The position numbers and the translations under genes are program-made. The notes beneath the pieces were generated by a model. It saw nothing but the letters and a program-made list of their open reading frames with translations, was not told the DNA's origin and did no database searches. From contig JAEXHR010000085.1 in assembly GCA_023449855.1 (NCBI GenBank), positions 1,803-65,802 on the forward strand: DNA of 64,000 bases, given 5' to 3'. Source of the DNA: Pseudomonadota bacterium (GTDB taxonomy: Bacteria; Pseudomonadota; Alphaproteobacteria; Rhizobiales; Xanthobacteraceae). Positions 30,378 through 41,119 of the stretch are shown piece after piece. Numbering within the stretch: the stretch's first letter is position 1; each line of letters begins with the position of its first letter.

Positions 30378-31762
30378 CGCTGATGCGGACAGCATCTCCG
30401 CACCACCTGCAACGGCACGGTGCTTTCGCTGCTGCGGGCGGCGCGCGCATGCCGCGGCGACGTTCGCTTCCGGACGTCGCGCAACTCATTACGCTCGCGG
30501 TGATCGGCATTCTCACCATCGCGATGGTCGCGATCTTCACGCTATCCGGCAGCGTTCTGACCAATCTGAAGATCCACTATCTCACTGCGGGCGGCAACTT
30601 CCTCGAGAAGCTGCACCCGGCGACCTATCTGACTTTCCTGGCGACGCTGTTGCTGCTGATGCGGGGCGGCGATCCGATCGGCGAGATCAACCGCGCGTTT
30701 TCCGAAGCCAAGCTGCTGCTGATCCATCTGTTCTGCTGGTTCTGCCTGCTGATCCAGATGTTCGTGCTCGATCGCCCCTTCACGGTGATCATCGACACGT
30801 TCCTGCTGCCGGTTTTGCTGTGCCTGCTGATCTGGCGTCTGACGCCGCAGCAGCGTCGCCCGTTGATCTGGGCGCTGCATGCCACAATGCTGCTCAATAT
30901 TCTGATCGGCTATTACGAATTCGCCTCCGGCCACCGTATCGTGCCGCTGACCCTCGGCAGCATCATCGTGATGGGCGAATGGCGCTCGGCGGCACTGCTC
31001 GGCCATCCGCTCACCGCTTCGGGCATCGTCGCCGCCTATATCATGGCGCTGGTGCTGCGGCCGGCGGTGTGTCCACCGCTGCTCATCCGCATTCCGCTGA
31101 TCGCCTTTGCGCTGGGCTCGCTGATGGCCTTCGGCGGCCGCACCGCGCTGATGACGGTGCTCGCGATGCTCGCGGGCGTGGGACTGTTCGAGGCGTTCAA
31201 CCTCATTCGCGGCAAGCGAATCCCGCTGCTGGTGGCGGTCGGCGCCATCTGCCTCATCTTCGCTGCCGTGGGCATCATCTTCGCCGCCTATTCGCTTGGC
31301 ATCTTCGACAAGATGCTGCTCCGCTTCTCGTCGGACAAAGGCAGCGCTCTGGCCCGGGTCGCGACCTTCGACATGCTGTCGCATTTCCAGTGGAGCGAGC
31401 TGGTGCTGGGGCCCAGCCCGGTACGTGTGAATGCGCTGCAATCCCAGCTCGGCCTGAACTACGGTATCGAGAATTTCTGGGTATCGTGCATCGTGCAGTT
31501 CGGCCTCGTCCACACGATCCTGATCACCCTGGGGCTGACCTGTTTCACCATCGAGCTGATGCGGCGTTCCAGCCGCTCCGCCTGGGCCATTATCCTGCTG
31601 ATCTTGATGATCGCGGCAAGCTCGGTCAGTTTTTCGTCGAAGAACATTCAACTGGCGCAATTGGTGCTCTTGATCGCGCTGCTGCTGCCACGTGATCCGA
31701 GGCCCGCAGCGCCGCCGATGCGAGCGCGGCAGCCGCTGGCTCGACATCAGGAGTTCGCATGA
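30374..31762 (+). CDS. VpsF-like polytopic membrane protein, probable Wzy polymerase
   Basis: GGNFLEKLHPATY, RSAALLGHPL, GGRTAL, GSALAR, GIENFW, many TM segments; GTGA overlap with wzc. Confidence 0.75.
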   Translation: MTLMRTASPHHLQRHGAFAAAGGARMPRRRSLPDVAQLITLAVIGILTIAMVAIFTLSGSVLTNLKIHYLTAGGNFLEKLHPATYLTFLATLLLLMRGGDPIGEINRAFSEAKLLLIHLFCWFCLLIQMFVLDRPFTVIIDTFLLPVLLCLLIWRLTPQQRRPLIWALHATMLLNILIGYYEFASGHRIVPLTLGSIIVMGEWRSAALLGHPLTASGIVAAYIMALVLRPAVCPPLLIRIPLIAFALGSLMAFGGRTALMTVLAMLAGVGLFEAFNLIRGKRIPLLVAVGAICLIFAAVGIIFAAYSLGIFDKMLLRFSSDKGSALARVATFDMLSHFQWSELVLGPSPVRVNALQSQLGLNYGIENFWVSCIVQFGLVHTILITLGLTCFTIELMRRSSRSAWAIILLILMIAASSVSFSSKNIQLAQLVLLIALLLPRDPRPAAPPMRARQPLARHQEFA

Positions 31763-32841
31763 CCATCTATGTCGATCACACCCATCTCGGCCGTCACGTC
31801 ACCGGCCTCGAACGCATCACCCAGGAACTGTTCTCCGAAACGGCGCTGAAGCCGCTTGACGTCGTTCCCGTAACATCCAGCGGCACGCGCCAGATGATCA
31901 CGACGCAGACGCTCGGTCTGCCCGCACGCCTCGCGACATCCAACGCGCTGCTGCTCTGTCCCGGTTTTCCGCCGAGCCCGTTGCTGCGGCCGTTCGCGGA
32001 GCGCGTGGTGCCCTATATTCACGACGACTTCCTGATCACCCGCAGCGACGATCTGAACATCCGCGCCAAGCACTATATGGCTGTGCCGTTCAGGATCGCG
32101 CTCAGGCACTATCCGCGCTTTCTCACCAATTCGCGCGACACGCTGCGCAAGATCAGCGCTTACACGCGCGACGATGCGGAGATCACGCTGTATCGCCCCC
32201 CGGTGCGCAACGTCTTCAATCTGCAATCGGCGGGACGCGATGCGCGCGATGTCAGCGCCGCTCCGCTGCGCGTGGTGGCGCTCGGCACCGTCGAGCCGCG
32301 CAAGAATTTCGTCGCCGCCGGCCATATCGTCGGCGCGCTGCGCCAGCACGGTTTTCCCGGCGCGACGCTGGATATCGTCGGACGCAAGGGCTGGGGCGAC
32401 GACTGGGCGACGCTGGAGCGCATGCCCGGCGTAACCCTGCATGGCTATCAGTCCGCGGAAAATGTCACGCACCTGCTCGATCGAGCCGACATCTTTTTAT
32501 GCACCTCGCATGACGAGGGCCTCGGCCTGCCTCTGCTGGAGGCGCAATATGCCGGCCTGCCCGTGGTCGCGCCCCATGCGCCGGTGTTCCACGAAGTGCT
32601 CGGCAATTCCGGCATCTTCATCGACACATCCGATCACGGCAATGCCGCAGCGCAGATCGGCGCCGCGATCGCCACGCCAAAGTGGCGTCCGCAATATGTG
32701 GCGGCGGCCAATCAAAATCTCGCCCGGTGGAATGCGCTTGCCGCGAGCGACCACGACACCGTCATCGATCTGATTGCGGAACTCGCCGCCAGCGCCAGCA
32801 AACGGCGCACCGCACCGAAAGACAACGTGGTCGCCCGCTGA
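31759..32841 (+). CDS. Glycosyltransferase, GT4-like
   Basis: VTGLER, LGTVEPRKN, SHDEGLGLPLLEA. Confidence 0.88.
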   Translation: MTIYVDHTHLGRHVTGLERITQELFSETALKPLDVVPVTSSGTRQMITTQTLGLPARLATSNALLLCPGFPPSPLLRPFAERVVPYIHDDFLITRSDDLNIRAKHYMAVPFRIALRHYPRFLTNSRDTLRKISAYTRDDAEITLYRPPVRNVFNLQSAGRDARDVSAAPLRVVALGTVEPRKNFVAAGHIVGALRQHGFPGATLDIVGRKGWGDDWATLERMPGVTLHGYQSAENVTHLLDRADIFLCTSHDEGLGLPLLEAQYAGLPVVAPHAPVFHEVLGNSGIFIDTSDHGNAAAQIGAAIATPKWRPQYVAAANQNLARWNALAASDHDTVIDLIAELAASASKRRTAPKDNVVAR

Positions 32842-32880
32842 CCGCGCCATCGACCATTGCATCGAACCGGGGACTCACGC

Positions 32881-33987
32881 TTGCAGGATACCAAGACCGA
32901 GACACGGCATCTGGACGGGTTGCGGATTGTCGCGGCCAGCGCTGTCGTGGTCCTGCACTACTCCGACTATGTCAAGGATCAGCCGGCCGGTCGCTTCCTG
33001 GTCGATCACACCTGGCATTTCAACCTGTTCGTCGATCTGTTCTTCGTCATCTCCGGCTATGTGATCGCGAGCCAGTATCTCACCAAAGTGGGATCGCCCG
33101 CCGCCGTCGGTCGCTTCCTGTGGCGGCGTTTCGCCCGCATCTATCCACTGCATCTCGCCACGCTCGCCTTCTACATCGCGATCGCCCTGGCGCTGTATTT
33201 CGGCATCGCGCGCGGCGAGAATCCCGCGCGTTATCCGTTCTCCGACATCCCGGCGCAGCTTCTGCTGCTGCATGCCATCGATGGCGTACGGCTGACATTC
33301 AACTTTCCAAGCTGGTCGCTCTCGGCCGAATTCTTCTGCTATGTGCTATTTCCTCTGATGGCGATCCTGCTCAGCCGCCGCAAGCCGGTGATTCTGGCGC
33401 TGGTCGCAGTCCCCTTCATCGCCAATACATTGGTCACGATCATCGCCGGCACCGAGCCGTGGCCGGACTGGATCAACAAAGGCGGCGCCTTCCGCGCGCT
33501 GCCGGCCTTCAATCTCGGCATCGCCTGCTATCTCTATCGCGATCGCATCGCCGCACTGCCGGCGCTTCCCGGCCTGCTCAGCGGATCGCTGGTTCTCTTC
33601 ATCGCGTTCGGCGCCTATCTGAACATCTTCGTCGCACTGCTCATGATCTATGCGATCGCCCTGCTCGCCATCCATCACGACTGCTCCGGCCAGACCACGC
33701 TATTTTCGAAGCTCGGCTTCGAGCGCTGGTCCGATCTCACCTACTCGTCCTATATGCTGCATATTCCGGTCGCGACCCTCGTGCTGACATTGGCCGCGCG
33801 CTATCTTGCGCCGATCCTGCCCGGCGGGAAACTCGCGCTGCTGCCGGTGGCCATCGCCGTCCTGGCCGTGCTCAGCGTATTGTCATTGCGCTATTTCGAG
33901 ACGCCGCTGCGACGCGCGCTCAACGATCTCTATGACCGACAATTCCGCCCCCGCGTCGCCGCAGCGTCACTCCGCGGGCAGATCTGA
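32881..33987 (+). CDS. Acyltransferase-3 family O-acyltransferase
   Basis: LDGLR.VAA..VV.HY, VDLFFVISGY, RRFARIYPLH, PSWSLSAEFFCY, YSSYMLH; TTG start after GGGGA. Confidence 0.88.
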   Translation: MQDTKTETRHLDGLRIVAASAVVVLHYSDYVKDQPAGRFLVDHTWHFNLFVDLFFVISGYVIASQYLTKVGSPAAVGRFLWRRFARIYPLHLATLAFYIAIALALYFGIARGENPARYPFSDIPAQLLLLHAIDGVRLTFNFPSWSLSAEFFCYVLFPLMAILLSRRKPVILALVAVPFIANTLVTIIAGTEPWPDWINKGGAFRALPAFNLGIACYLYRDRIAALPALPGLLSGSLVLFIAFGAYLNIFVALLMIYAIALLAIHHDCSGQTTLFSKLGFERWSDLTYSSYMLHIPVATLVLTLAARYLAPILPGGKLALLPVAIAVLAVLSVLSLRYFETPLRRALNDLYDRQFRPRVAAASLRGQI

Positions 33988-33990
33988 CCG

Positions 33991-35043
33991 ATGGCAAGCC
34001 TTGCACAAGCAGACACGGGGGCCGTGACGCAGCCGGCCCGCACATCGGCGGTCACCCGAGACGGTGCGATCGACACCATGCGCGGCGTCGCGATCCTGAT
34101 GGTAATAGGCATCCATGCCTTGCAACAGCCGCTCGATGCGCCCTGGAAGATCGCGCTCGACGCCTTCATGCGCCCCTGCGTGCCGATCTTCCTGTTCGCA
34201 TCAGGCTATCTGACCGGCCTGTCCGGCCGCGTGCCCGTCATGAAACGGCTGATTGCGACAGTGATCCCTTATGCGATCGCCTTTGTCGCCGCCTATCTCT
34301 ATATGGCGCTGATGAATCCGGCGATGGATCACCGCATCACCACGACGCTCGCCCGCTTCGGCCTCGCTTACGTCTTCGTCTATTACTACGTGTTCGTCTA
34401 TATCGGCTGCACGCTGATGCTGTGGCTGGTGCTGTGGTTCGCCACCCGCGTACCCGAACAGGCGGAGCAGCGGCTGCAGGTCCTGCTGCTGTTGGCTATC
34501 GCCTTCGGTCTCATCACCGGCAGCTATCTAGATCCCGCGCTGGCGCGTTTCGGTCTCGGTGACGGCGTGATCGAAGAATTTCGCATGCGCGACATCCCGT
34601 TTTGGTTCGCCTTCGCAGCGCTCGGCATGCTGGTGGCACGGGCGTCGATCCGCACGGTCCTGCTCGATATGATGCCGACGCTCGGTGTCGCCACGATCCT
34701 GGCTTATGCGATCTATATGGCGGTACGCATAGCGGGCATCGGAGACGCGGCCGCCTATGATTCCATGGCCTTTTTCGGCTATGCCGCCGCGCTCAGCACG
34801 CTCCTGCTCGCTCTGCGCATCGATGTTCCCCTGCTCGCCACATTGGGCGCCGGGAGCTACTTCATCTATCTCTGGCATATCTTCGTGATCATGGCGCTGC
34901 GCGACCTCGGCGGTTTTCGCGCCTTCGGCAGCATCGTCGCGACAGTGCTGATATATGCCATCGCCCTTGTCGTCACCGGCGCTGCGCTGCTGGCCCTGCG
35001 CCAGTGGGCGCCGCCGCGCCTGCTGCGCTATCTCGGGGCGTAA
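33991..35043 (+). CDS. Acyltransferase-3 family O-acyltransferase (second, divergent)
   Basis: IDTMRGVAILMVIGIH, VPIFLFASGY, SYFIYLWH. Confidence 0.85.
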   Translation: MASLAQADTGAVTQPARTSAVTRDGAIDTMRGVAILMVIGIHALQQPLDAPWKIALDAFMRPCVPIFLFASGYLTGLSGRVPVMKRLIATVIPYAIAFVAAYLYMALMNPAMDHRITTTLARFGLAYVFVYYYVFVYIGCTLMLWLVLWFATRVPEQAEQRLQVLLLLAIAFGLITGSYLDPALARFGLGDGVIEEFRMRDIPFWFAFAALGMLVARASIRTVLLDMMPTLGVATILAYAIYMAVRIAGIGDAAAYDSMAFFGYAAALSTLLLALRIDVPLLATLGAGSYFIYLWHIFVIMALRDLGGFRAFGSIVATVLIYAIALVVTGAALLALRQWAPPRLLRYLGA

Positions 35044-35046
35044 CCC

Positions 35047-36480
35047 ATGCTGCTGAAACGTACCATTCTCTATCTTCCCGCGCAGATCGTCGGCCCGCTG
35101 TTCCAGCTGGTCGCAATGATCGTGTGGACCCATGTGGTCAACGAACATACGCTGGGTGTGATCACGCTGATCACCGCCACGCACGAGCTGCTGCAGATCG
35201 GCTTTCTGGCGTGGTGGTCGCAATATGCGCTGCGGTTCTTCGGGCGCTATCAGGAAGGCATCGAGGCCGAACGCTTCTATCGCACCGAGAATGTCGTCAT
35301 TCTGCTGTCATTGGTACTGCAAAGCGGTGCCGTCATTGCCGTGCTCTACACGGTGATCGCCGCAGACACCAATCCGATGCTGCTTGGCGCCACCGTTGCC
35401 TACGTGATCAGCCGCTCGCTCAATCTCTATATTGCCGAGCGCGCACGTGTGCGTCATCAGATCGGCGTCTATTCGATCCAGCAGATCGTCGGCCCGGCCG
35501 TCGGTTTTCTGCTCGGCCTGTTGCTGATTAAACTGGTCAGCCCGGCGCCGGAATGGCCCTTGCTCGGTTATGCCGCTGCACAATTGTTTGCCGCGCTGAT
35601 CGTCCTGCCCTGGATCGGCTACAGCCGCAGCCTCTGGCCCATCGATCGCGAGATCATCCGCCATGCACTGAACTACGGCATTCCCCTGATCTTCGGCGGA
35701 GCACTTGGTTGGGTCGGCCTCAATGCGTCACGCTTCGTGATCAATGACATGCTCGGTGTCGCCGCCGCCGGCCTGTTCGCGGTGGGTTACGGGCTCGGCC
35801 AGCGCGCCGCGGCCGTCGCCGCCATGCTGGTGACCGCCGCAGCCTTCCCGCTTGCCGTGAAAAGTATGGAGCAAGGCGGCAGCCGCGCCGCGATGCGCCA
35901 GCTCGCGGACAACGGCGCCTTGCTGCTCGGCATACTCGCCCCCAGCATCGCCGGCATCTTCCTGCTGCGCGCCGAGATCGTGCATCTTCTCATTGCTGCG
36001 CCGTTCCAGGCCGTCACACTGGCGGTGCTTCCGCTCTCGACACTGGCGGGATCGATCCGCAATATCCGCGCCCATTTCGGCGATCAGGTCTTCCTGCTCC
36101 ACAGCAAGACGCGCCTGATGGTCGTGGTCTCCGCCATCGATGCGACGGTGACCATCGTCGCCAGCCTGATCTGCATTCACCTGTGGGGACTGGTCGGCGC
36201 CGCCGCTGCGACGGTGATCTCGGCGATCGCCGCCGCATCGGTCAGCTTTACGCTCGGCTTCACACGCTTCGGCCTCACGCTGCCCTGGGCGCATCTCGCC
36301 CGCATCGCCATCGCAACCCTCGCCATGGCGATGCTGCTCACCCGGTTGCCGGAGGCGAAATCATATGCGGTGCTCGCCGCCCATATCGCCGCCGGCGCCG
36401 CGCTCTATGTCGCCGTTCTCGCGGTTTTGTACGGGCCGACGCTTCTGCGCATGGTCAGGCGTCAGCCCCGTTTCTCCTGA
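35047..36480 (+). CDS. Wzx-type polysaccharide flippase
   Basis: About 12-14 TM segments; LNYGIPL, SRFVI..MLG..AAGLFAVGY; position in the EPS operon. Confidence 0.85.
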   Translation: MLLKRTILYLPAQIVGPLFQLVAMIVWTHVVNEHTLGVITLITATHELLQIGFLAWWSQYALRFFGRYQEGIEAERFYRTENVVILLSLVLQSGAVIAVLYTVIAADTNPMLLGATVAYVISRSLNLYIAERARVRHQIGVYSIQQIVGPAVGFLLGLLLIKLVSPAPEWPLLGYAAAQLFAALIVLPWIGYSRSLWPIDREIIRHALNYGIPLIFGGALGWVGLNASRFVINDMLGVAAAGLFAVGYGLGQRAAAVAAMLVTAAAFPLAVKSMEQGGSRAAMRQLADNGALLLGILAPSIAGIFLLRAEIVHLLIAAPFQAVTLAVLPLSTLAGSIRNIRAHFGDQVFLLHSKTRLMVVVSAIDATVTIVASLICIHLWGLVGAAAATVISAIAAASVSFTLGFTRFGLTLPWAHLARIAIATLAMAMLLTRLPEAKSYAVLAAHIAAGAALYVAVLAVLYGPTLLRMVRRQPRFS

Positions 36481-36482
36481 GC

Positions 36483-37592
36483 TCAGCCGCGCTTCGAATT
36501 CTCGAAGGCGCGGGCCATGGCGAACCAGAGCGGCTTCCTCTGCATGTTCTCGTCATAGGGCAATGGTCGCGGCAGACGCTGGGTCAGCGGATCTTTCTGG
36601 AGAGCGATCCCCTTGTAGAACGAATAGTGGTCCGACAATTGCCAGGCGATGACCGCCTTCACGGCGGGAACCTGCAACACCGAATTGAGGAATTTCTCGC
36701 CGGTATCAGCGATCGCCTTGTCACGCGCGAGCACATCGTCGGGGAATGTGTCGTCACGCACATCGAATTCGGTGATGTAGATGTCCACCTTTCGCTCGGC
36801 GAGCGCGTGGACGAATTCGAGGAAACGCTGCGGATCGTGCGGATAGCGCGGCTGCAAATGCCCCTGAAGGCCGACCGCCTGCAACCTGACGCCTGCATGC
36901 TGTAACTCGTCAACGAGACGGAGCATGCCCGCGCGCGATGTGCGGCCGACATCGTCATCACGTTCGGTCTGCGCCTCATTGAGCACGAATTTCGTGGTCT
37001 TATCGACCTGCCCCGCGCGCTCGAAAGCGCGGCGAACATAGTCAGTCCCGAACGCATCGTACCAGGGACCAAGCCGATAGCCACCCGGCGCCTTGTGTCC
37101 CGGCCAGAACGGCTCATTGACGATATCCCATGAATGCAGCTTGCCGGCGTAACGCCCCACCACCTGTTCGATATAACTATCGAAGAATTTTCTACGTTCA
37201 TCAACACTCATGGCCTTTATCCACTGTGGCACCCAATCGTTCCAGATCAGACAGTGGCCCCTCATGGGAATCTTGTTCGCGGTACAAAACTGTAGCAATC
37301 GATCGCCTGCTTCGAAGCGCAACGCGCCTGCTTGTGGCGCAATAGTGCCCATCTTCAGTGCAACATCCGTCGTAATGATTCTCGTTTGACTCGTGTAGAG
37401 CTGGCGATAACCGACGTCCTTATCGATGACGGGTCCTGCAGCAGCGCCGAACAGAAATCCATTTTTCGCCGCAATCGCTCCAAGACTTTCCGCCTGGCCC
37501 TGCGTTTGAGGAGCAGCGACCGCATTGCGATGCATAGCGAGTGTAGCGCCTGCAAGAATCGCAAGCGACTTTCTCCTTGAGCATTCGAACAT
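36483..37592 (-). CDS. GH10 endo-glycanase (xylanase family) with twin-arginine signal
   Basis: SRRKSL leader; RGHCLIW, WDIVNEP (acid/base), VGLQGH, IYITEFDV (nucleophile), RPLPYD; GGAG RBS before ATG 37592. Confidence 0.9.
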   Translation of the reverse strand: MFECSRRKSLAILAGATLAMHRNAVAAPQTQGQAESLGAIAAKNGFLFGAAAGPVIDKDVGYRQLYTSQTRIITTDVALKMGTIAPQAGALRFEAGDRLLQFCTANKIPMRGHCLIWNDWVPQWIKAMSVDERRKFFDSYIEQVVGRYAGKLHSWDIVNEPFWPGHKAPGGYRLGPWYDAFGTDYVRRAFERAGQVDKTTKFVLNEAQTERDDDVGRTSRAGMLRLVDELQHAGVRLQAVGLQGHLQPRYPHDPQRFLEFVHALAERKVDIYITEFDVRDDTFPDDVLARDKAIADTGEKFLNSVLQVPAVKAVIAWQLSDHYSFYKGIALQKDPLTQRLPRPLPYDENMQRKPLWFAMARAFENSKRG

Positions 37593-37800
37593 ATTCACTC
37601 TCCACCGATTCAAAACGAGATTGCGCGTGTTCTGGTATCACGTGACCACACCGCCATCGTTGCGTCGCAATAGTTCGTTTTCATGTCCACCATGTCGAGG
37701 AGAGTGTCTTTCGACTCTGTGTGCGGCGCTGCTTCATTGATGAGCAGGTAGTGTGTGCATGCAGGCGTAACTCGACCACATCGTCATCAGGGGACCTGAC

Positions 37801-38646
37801 ATGGTAGACACACAGCCTTTGCTAAAGGCCGATGCTGCTAGAATTCATACGACCGAGAATCTCACAGTCGATGGCGTGACCATCAATGTGTCATCGCTGT
37901 CGGAAGCGGTCACATCGATCGTCGATGCCGCCGAACAGGGTGAGAATTTCAGCGTCTGCACACTGAACCTCGATCATGTCGTTCAATTGCAGAACAAGCC
38001 TGATTTCCGCGCCGCCTATCGCCGCGCGCGCTTCGTCACGGCCGACGGCTTTCCGATCGTCGTGCTGAGCCGTCTGCTCGGAGTTCCGATCTCGCGCACC
38101 ACCGGCGCCGACCTCGTGGAACCGCTGTGTGCCGCCGCGGGCCAAAAGGGTCTGCCGATCTTTCTGTTCGGCTCCGACACGCCGACGCTTGAAAAATCCG
38201 CCGCAGAACTGAAGCGCCGCTATCCCGGGCTTGAGGTCGCCGGCATTTTTGCGCCGGGCCGCAATTTCAACGCCTATTCCGCCGAGGCCGATGAGGCAAT
38301 AGAACGCATTCGCGCATCCGGCGCCAAGCTCTGCTTCCTCGCGCTCGGCGCGCCCAAGCAGGAAGTCTTCGCCTCGCGCTGTCTCGACGAGCTGAATGGC
38401 ACCGGCTTCCTGTGCATTGGCGCCTCGCTCGATTTCATCGCCGGCACGCAAGTGCGCGCACCGGCATTCGCCCAAAAGACCGGCCTCGAATGGGCCTGGC
38501 GGATGATCAACAATCCGAGCCGCCTCGCTCCGCGCTATGCGCGCTGTGCCGCCGCAGTGCCGCGCCTGCTCGCGGGCACGCTGCCTCAGATATTCACGGC
38601 TCGCACCCGCTTCCTCACCACGCCCCGCACAAGGAAAGCCGCATGA
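37801..38646 (+). CDS. WecB/TagA/CpsF (GT26) glycosyltransferase
   Basis: TLNLDH, TADGFP, RTTGADL, LALGAPKQE, IGASLDF, GLEWAWR..NP.RLAPRY. Confidence 0.92.
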   Translation: MVDTQPLLKADAARIHTTENLTVDGVTINVSSLSEAVTSIVDAAEQGENFSVCTLNLDHVVQLQNKPDFRAAYRRARFVTADGFPIVVLSRLLGVPISRTTGADLVEPLCAAAGQKGLPIFLFGSDTPTLEKSAAELKRRYPGLEVAGIFAPGRNFNAYSAEADEAIERIRASGAKLCFLALGAPKQEVFASRCLDELNGTGFLCIGASLDFIAGTQVRAPAFAQKTGLEWAWRMINNPSRLAPRYARCAAAVPRLLAGTLPQIFTARTRFLTTPRTRKAA

Positions 38647-39929
38647 CGTCCACGCTGACCCTCGGCCTGCGCGCCCGCAATGCAGCTCCCACCAAACGTC
38701 GCTACCAGATCTGCCTGATCCACCCGTTCGATCCGCGCGGGCAGAAAGTCGGCGGCCTTGAGACCTATATCCGCGACTTCATTACGTTTCATCCAGAGGA
38801 CACGGATCTCTTGTTTGTCGGCGTCGATTCCATCGGCGATCTGAAACTCGGCGAGGTCCGCCGCCTCACCTTCCGCGGCCGCGACTTCGATTTCCTGCCG
38901 ATCCTGCGTTATACCGACCAGCAGGCGCGCGAAGCGGCGAAGACGATCCGCTCTTCGCTGACCGGTCAGTTCTTCTCGGCGCTGCTACGCTATTTCATTC
39001 CGGTGTCACGCCTGATCCGCCAGCGCGGCTGCACCGTCGATCTGCGCCGTGTCGAATTCTCATGGCTGCCGACGCTGCTGCGCCGGCCCTATGTGCAGAT
39101 GCTGCATGGCGAGGGCGCACCAAAGCTGCAGATGGATTCGCTGCTCAAGAAATATTCCTTCGTGCACAATTTCGGTGAGCGCTTCGCCGTCAACACCAGC
39201 GCACATTTTCTTTGCGTCAATCCGTTCATCACCGAGCGGCTGAAAAACACCTACCCGGCCCAGAAGGACAAGATCGATACGCTGTGGACCTGGGTGAACA
39301 CCGATATCTTCAAGCCGCAGCCGTTCCCGGCGAGCACCGATCCATTCCGCGTGATCTTTGCGGGCCGTCTCGACGAGTTCAAGGATCCGCCGCTCATGTT
39401 CCGCACCATCGCGCGGCTGCGCGAGAAGCTGCAGGAGAAGCAGAAAGGCACGCTCGAATTCCACTATATCGGCACCAGCGATCCACATCGCTTCCCGGAA
39501 TTCGCCGCCATTGAGGACATCACCGTGCGCCACGGATTCAAGGACGCGCTCGGCATGGCCTCGACGCTGGCCAGCGCACATGCGGGCATTCTGACATCCG
39601 AATTCGAAGGCATGCCGCGTTGCGTGCTGGAGACGCTCGCCGTCGGGCGTCCCACCGTCGCCGTTCACCTGCCGCAGCTGGAATCCGTCATTCACGATGG
39701 GGAGAGCGGCTATCTGATCCCACGCAGCGATTCGCGCGACGAGATGGTGGAAGCTCTGGCCGATCGTTTCATCGATGTCCGCGACGCCATCGACGGCGGA
39801 ACGCTCGATCCGCTGCGTGTGGCCGATGCCATCGCCAACTTCACACCGGCGACACAGCTGACGCGGGTCTACACCTATCACCAGCAGATCCAGGATACCC
39901 GCGGGTTGACGCCATCGCCCGCGCACTGA
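38643..39929 (+). CDS. Glycosyltransferase, GT4
   Basis: ATGA overlap; VGGLETY, FAGRLDEFKD, TSEFEGMPRCVLETLAVG. Confidence 0.88.
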   Translation: MTSTLTLGLRARNAAPTKRRYQICLIHPFDPRGQKVGGLETYIRDFITFHPEDTDLLFVGVDSIGDLKLGEVRRLTFRGRDFDFLPILRYTDQQAREAAKTIRSSLTGQFFSALLRYFIPVSRLIRQRGCTVDLRRVEFSWLPTLLRRPYVQMLHGEGAPKLQMDSLLKKYSFVHNFGERFAVNTSAHFLCVNPFITERLKNTYPAQKDKIDTLWTWVNTDIFKPQPFPASTDPFRVIFAGRLDEFKDPPLMFRTIARLREKLQEKQKGTLEFHYIGTSDPHRFPEFAAIEDITVRHGFKDALGMASTLASAHAGILTSEFEGMPRCVLETLAVGRPTVAVHLPQLESVIHDGESGYLIPRSDSRDEMVEALADRFIDVRDAIDGGTLDPLRVADAIANFTPATQLTRVYTYHQQIQDTRGLTPSPAH

Positions 39930-39946
39930 GGTTCGGGATTGCAGAC

Positions 39947-41119
39947 GTGAACATCCTGCTGCTCTCCAGCGAATACGCTCCGATGCGGGGCGGCATAGGT
40001 ACCTATGCACGCGAGATCGCCGTCGCGGCAACGCAACTCGGCGCCAAGGTCACGATGGTTGCGCCGGACTATGGCGAGGATACATCCGAGGCCGATCGCG
40101 AGTCGCCGTTCCCCGTCCATCGCTTCAAGGGCGGGCTTCATTCGGCACGCGACCTGCCCGCCAAGATCGTACTGGCGCGCAGCCGCATCGATGCTGCGTC
40201 TTTCGATGTGGTGCATGCCGCCGACTGGCCTTTCTTCATTCCCGTCGCACTCGCGCGGGGCCGGACGCCGGCCCGCATGCTGATGACCGTGCATGGCACC
40301 GAGATCAACGAAACGCAGACGACGCTGAAGCGGCTCGCGATCCGCGCCAGCGGCGTGTTCGGTCCGCGCACCGAGGTCGCGGCCAACAGCCGATTCACCC
40401 GCGATCTGTTTCGTGAAAAATTCGACATCGACGAACGCCGCATTCATGCGATCCGCCTCGGCGTGTCGGATTTCTGGTCCGGTCGCCGCAAGGACCGGGC
40501 GGCCATGCGCGCGCATCACGACATCGCGCCAGATCGCATTGTGATGGTCACGGTCGCACGGATCACCCGCCGCAAGGGGCATCATCTCACATTGGAGGCA
40601 ATGACGCGGCTTCCTGCGGAACTACGTGAGCGCATCACCTGGCTGGTGATCGGCCCCGAGGGTGAAGCCGACTATGTGGATGAAGTGCGGAACCTGATCC
40701 ACACCTCGCAATGCGATGTCCGCCTGCTCGGCGCACTCTCCAACGAGGATATCCGCGATCTCTATGGCGCCGCCGATTTCTTCTGTCTCACTGGGCTTCC
40801 GGAGTCCTCCGGCCGTGTCGAGGGCTTCGGTCTGGTCTACCTCGAAGCCGGGGCCAGTGGCTTGCCGAGCATCGCCAGCGATATCGGCGGCGTGCCCGAT
40901 GCCGTGGTGGCTGGCGAGTCCGGCCTGCTTGTGCAGCCTCGGGTCGAGATGATCGCGAGCCTGATCCAGCAGATGGCCGAGGACAGCGATCTGCGCGCCC
41001 GCCTCGCCGCCGGCGCCAGGGCACATGCGCGCGACCTCTCATGGGAGCGCTGCGCCGCCGAGACCTATCGCCTGCCCCGCCCGCAATCCTCCTCGCGTCT
41101 CGAGGCGCTGTCGGCATGA
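39947..41119 (+). CDS. Glycosyltransferase, GT4
   Basis: GTG start; EYAPMRGGIGTY, TVHGTE, VARITRRKGH, EGFGLVYLEAGASGLP, GGVPDAV. Confidence 0.9.
   Translation: MNILLLSSEYAPMRGGIGTYAREIAVAATQLGAKVTMVAPDYGEDTSEADRESPFPVHRFKGGLHSARDLPAKIVLARSRIDAASFDVVHAADWPFFIPVALARGRTPARMLMTVHGTEINETQTTLKRLAIRASGVFGPRTEVAANSRFTRDLFREKFDIDERRIHAIRLGVSDFWSGRRKDRAAMRAHHDIAPDRIVMVTVARITRRKGHHLTLEAMTRLPAELRERITWLVIGPEGEADYVDEVRNLIHTSQCDVRLLGALSNEDIRDLYGAADFFCLTGLPESSGRVEGFGLVYLEAGASGLPSIASDIGGVPDAVVAGESGLLVQPRVEMIASLIQQMAEDSDLRARLAAGARAHARDLSWERCAAETYRLPRPQSSSRLEALSA

Noticed and set aside
28500..30395. 631-aa minus-strand ORF, and similar long antisense ORFs (e.g. 525-1823, 14424-15938, 48008-50029, 51020-52828)
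   Set aside because: Shadow frames of well-supported genes in high-GC DNA; no family motifs.
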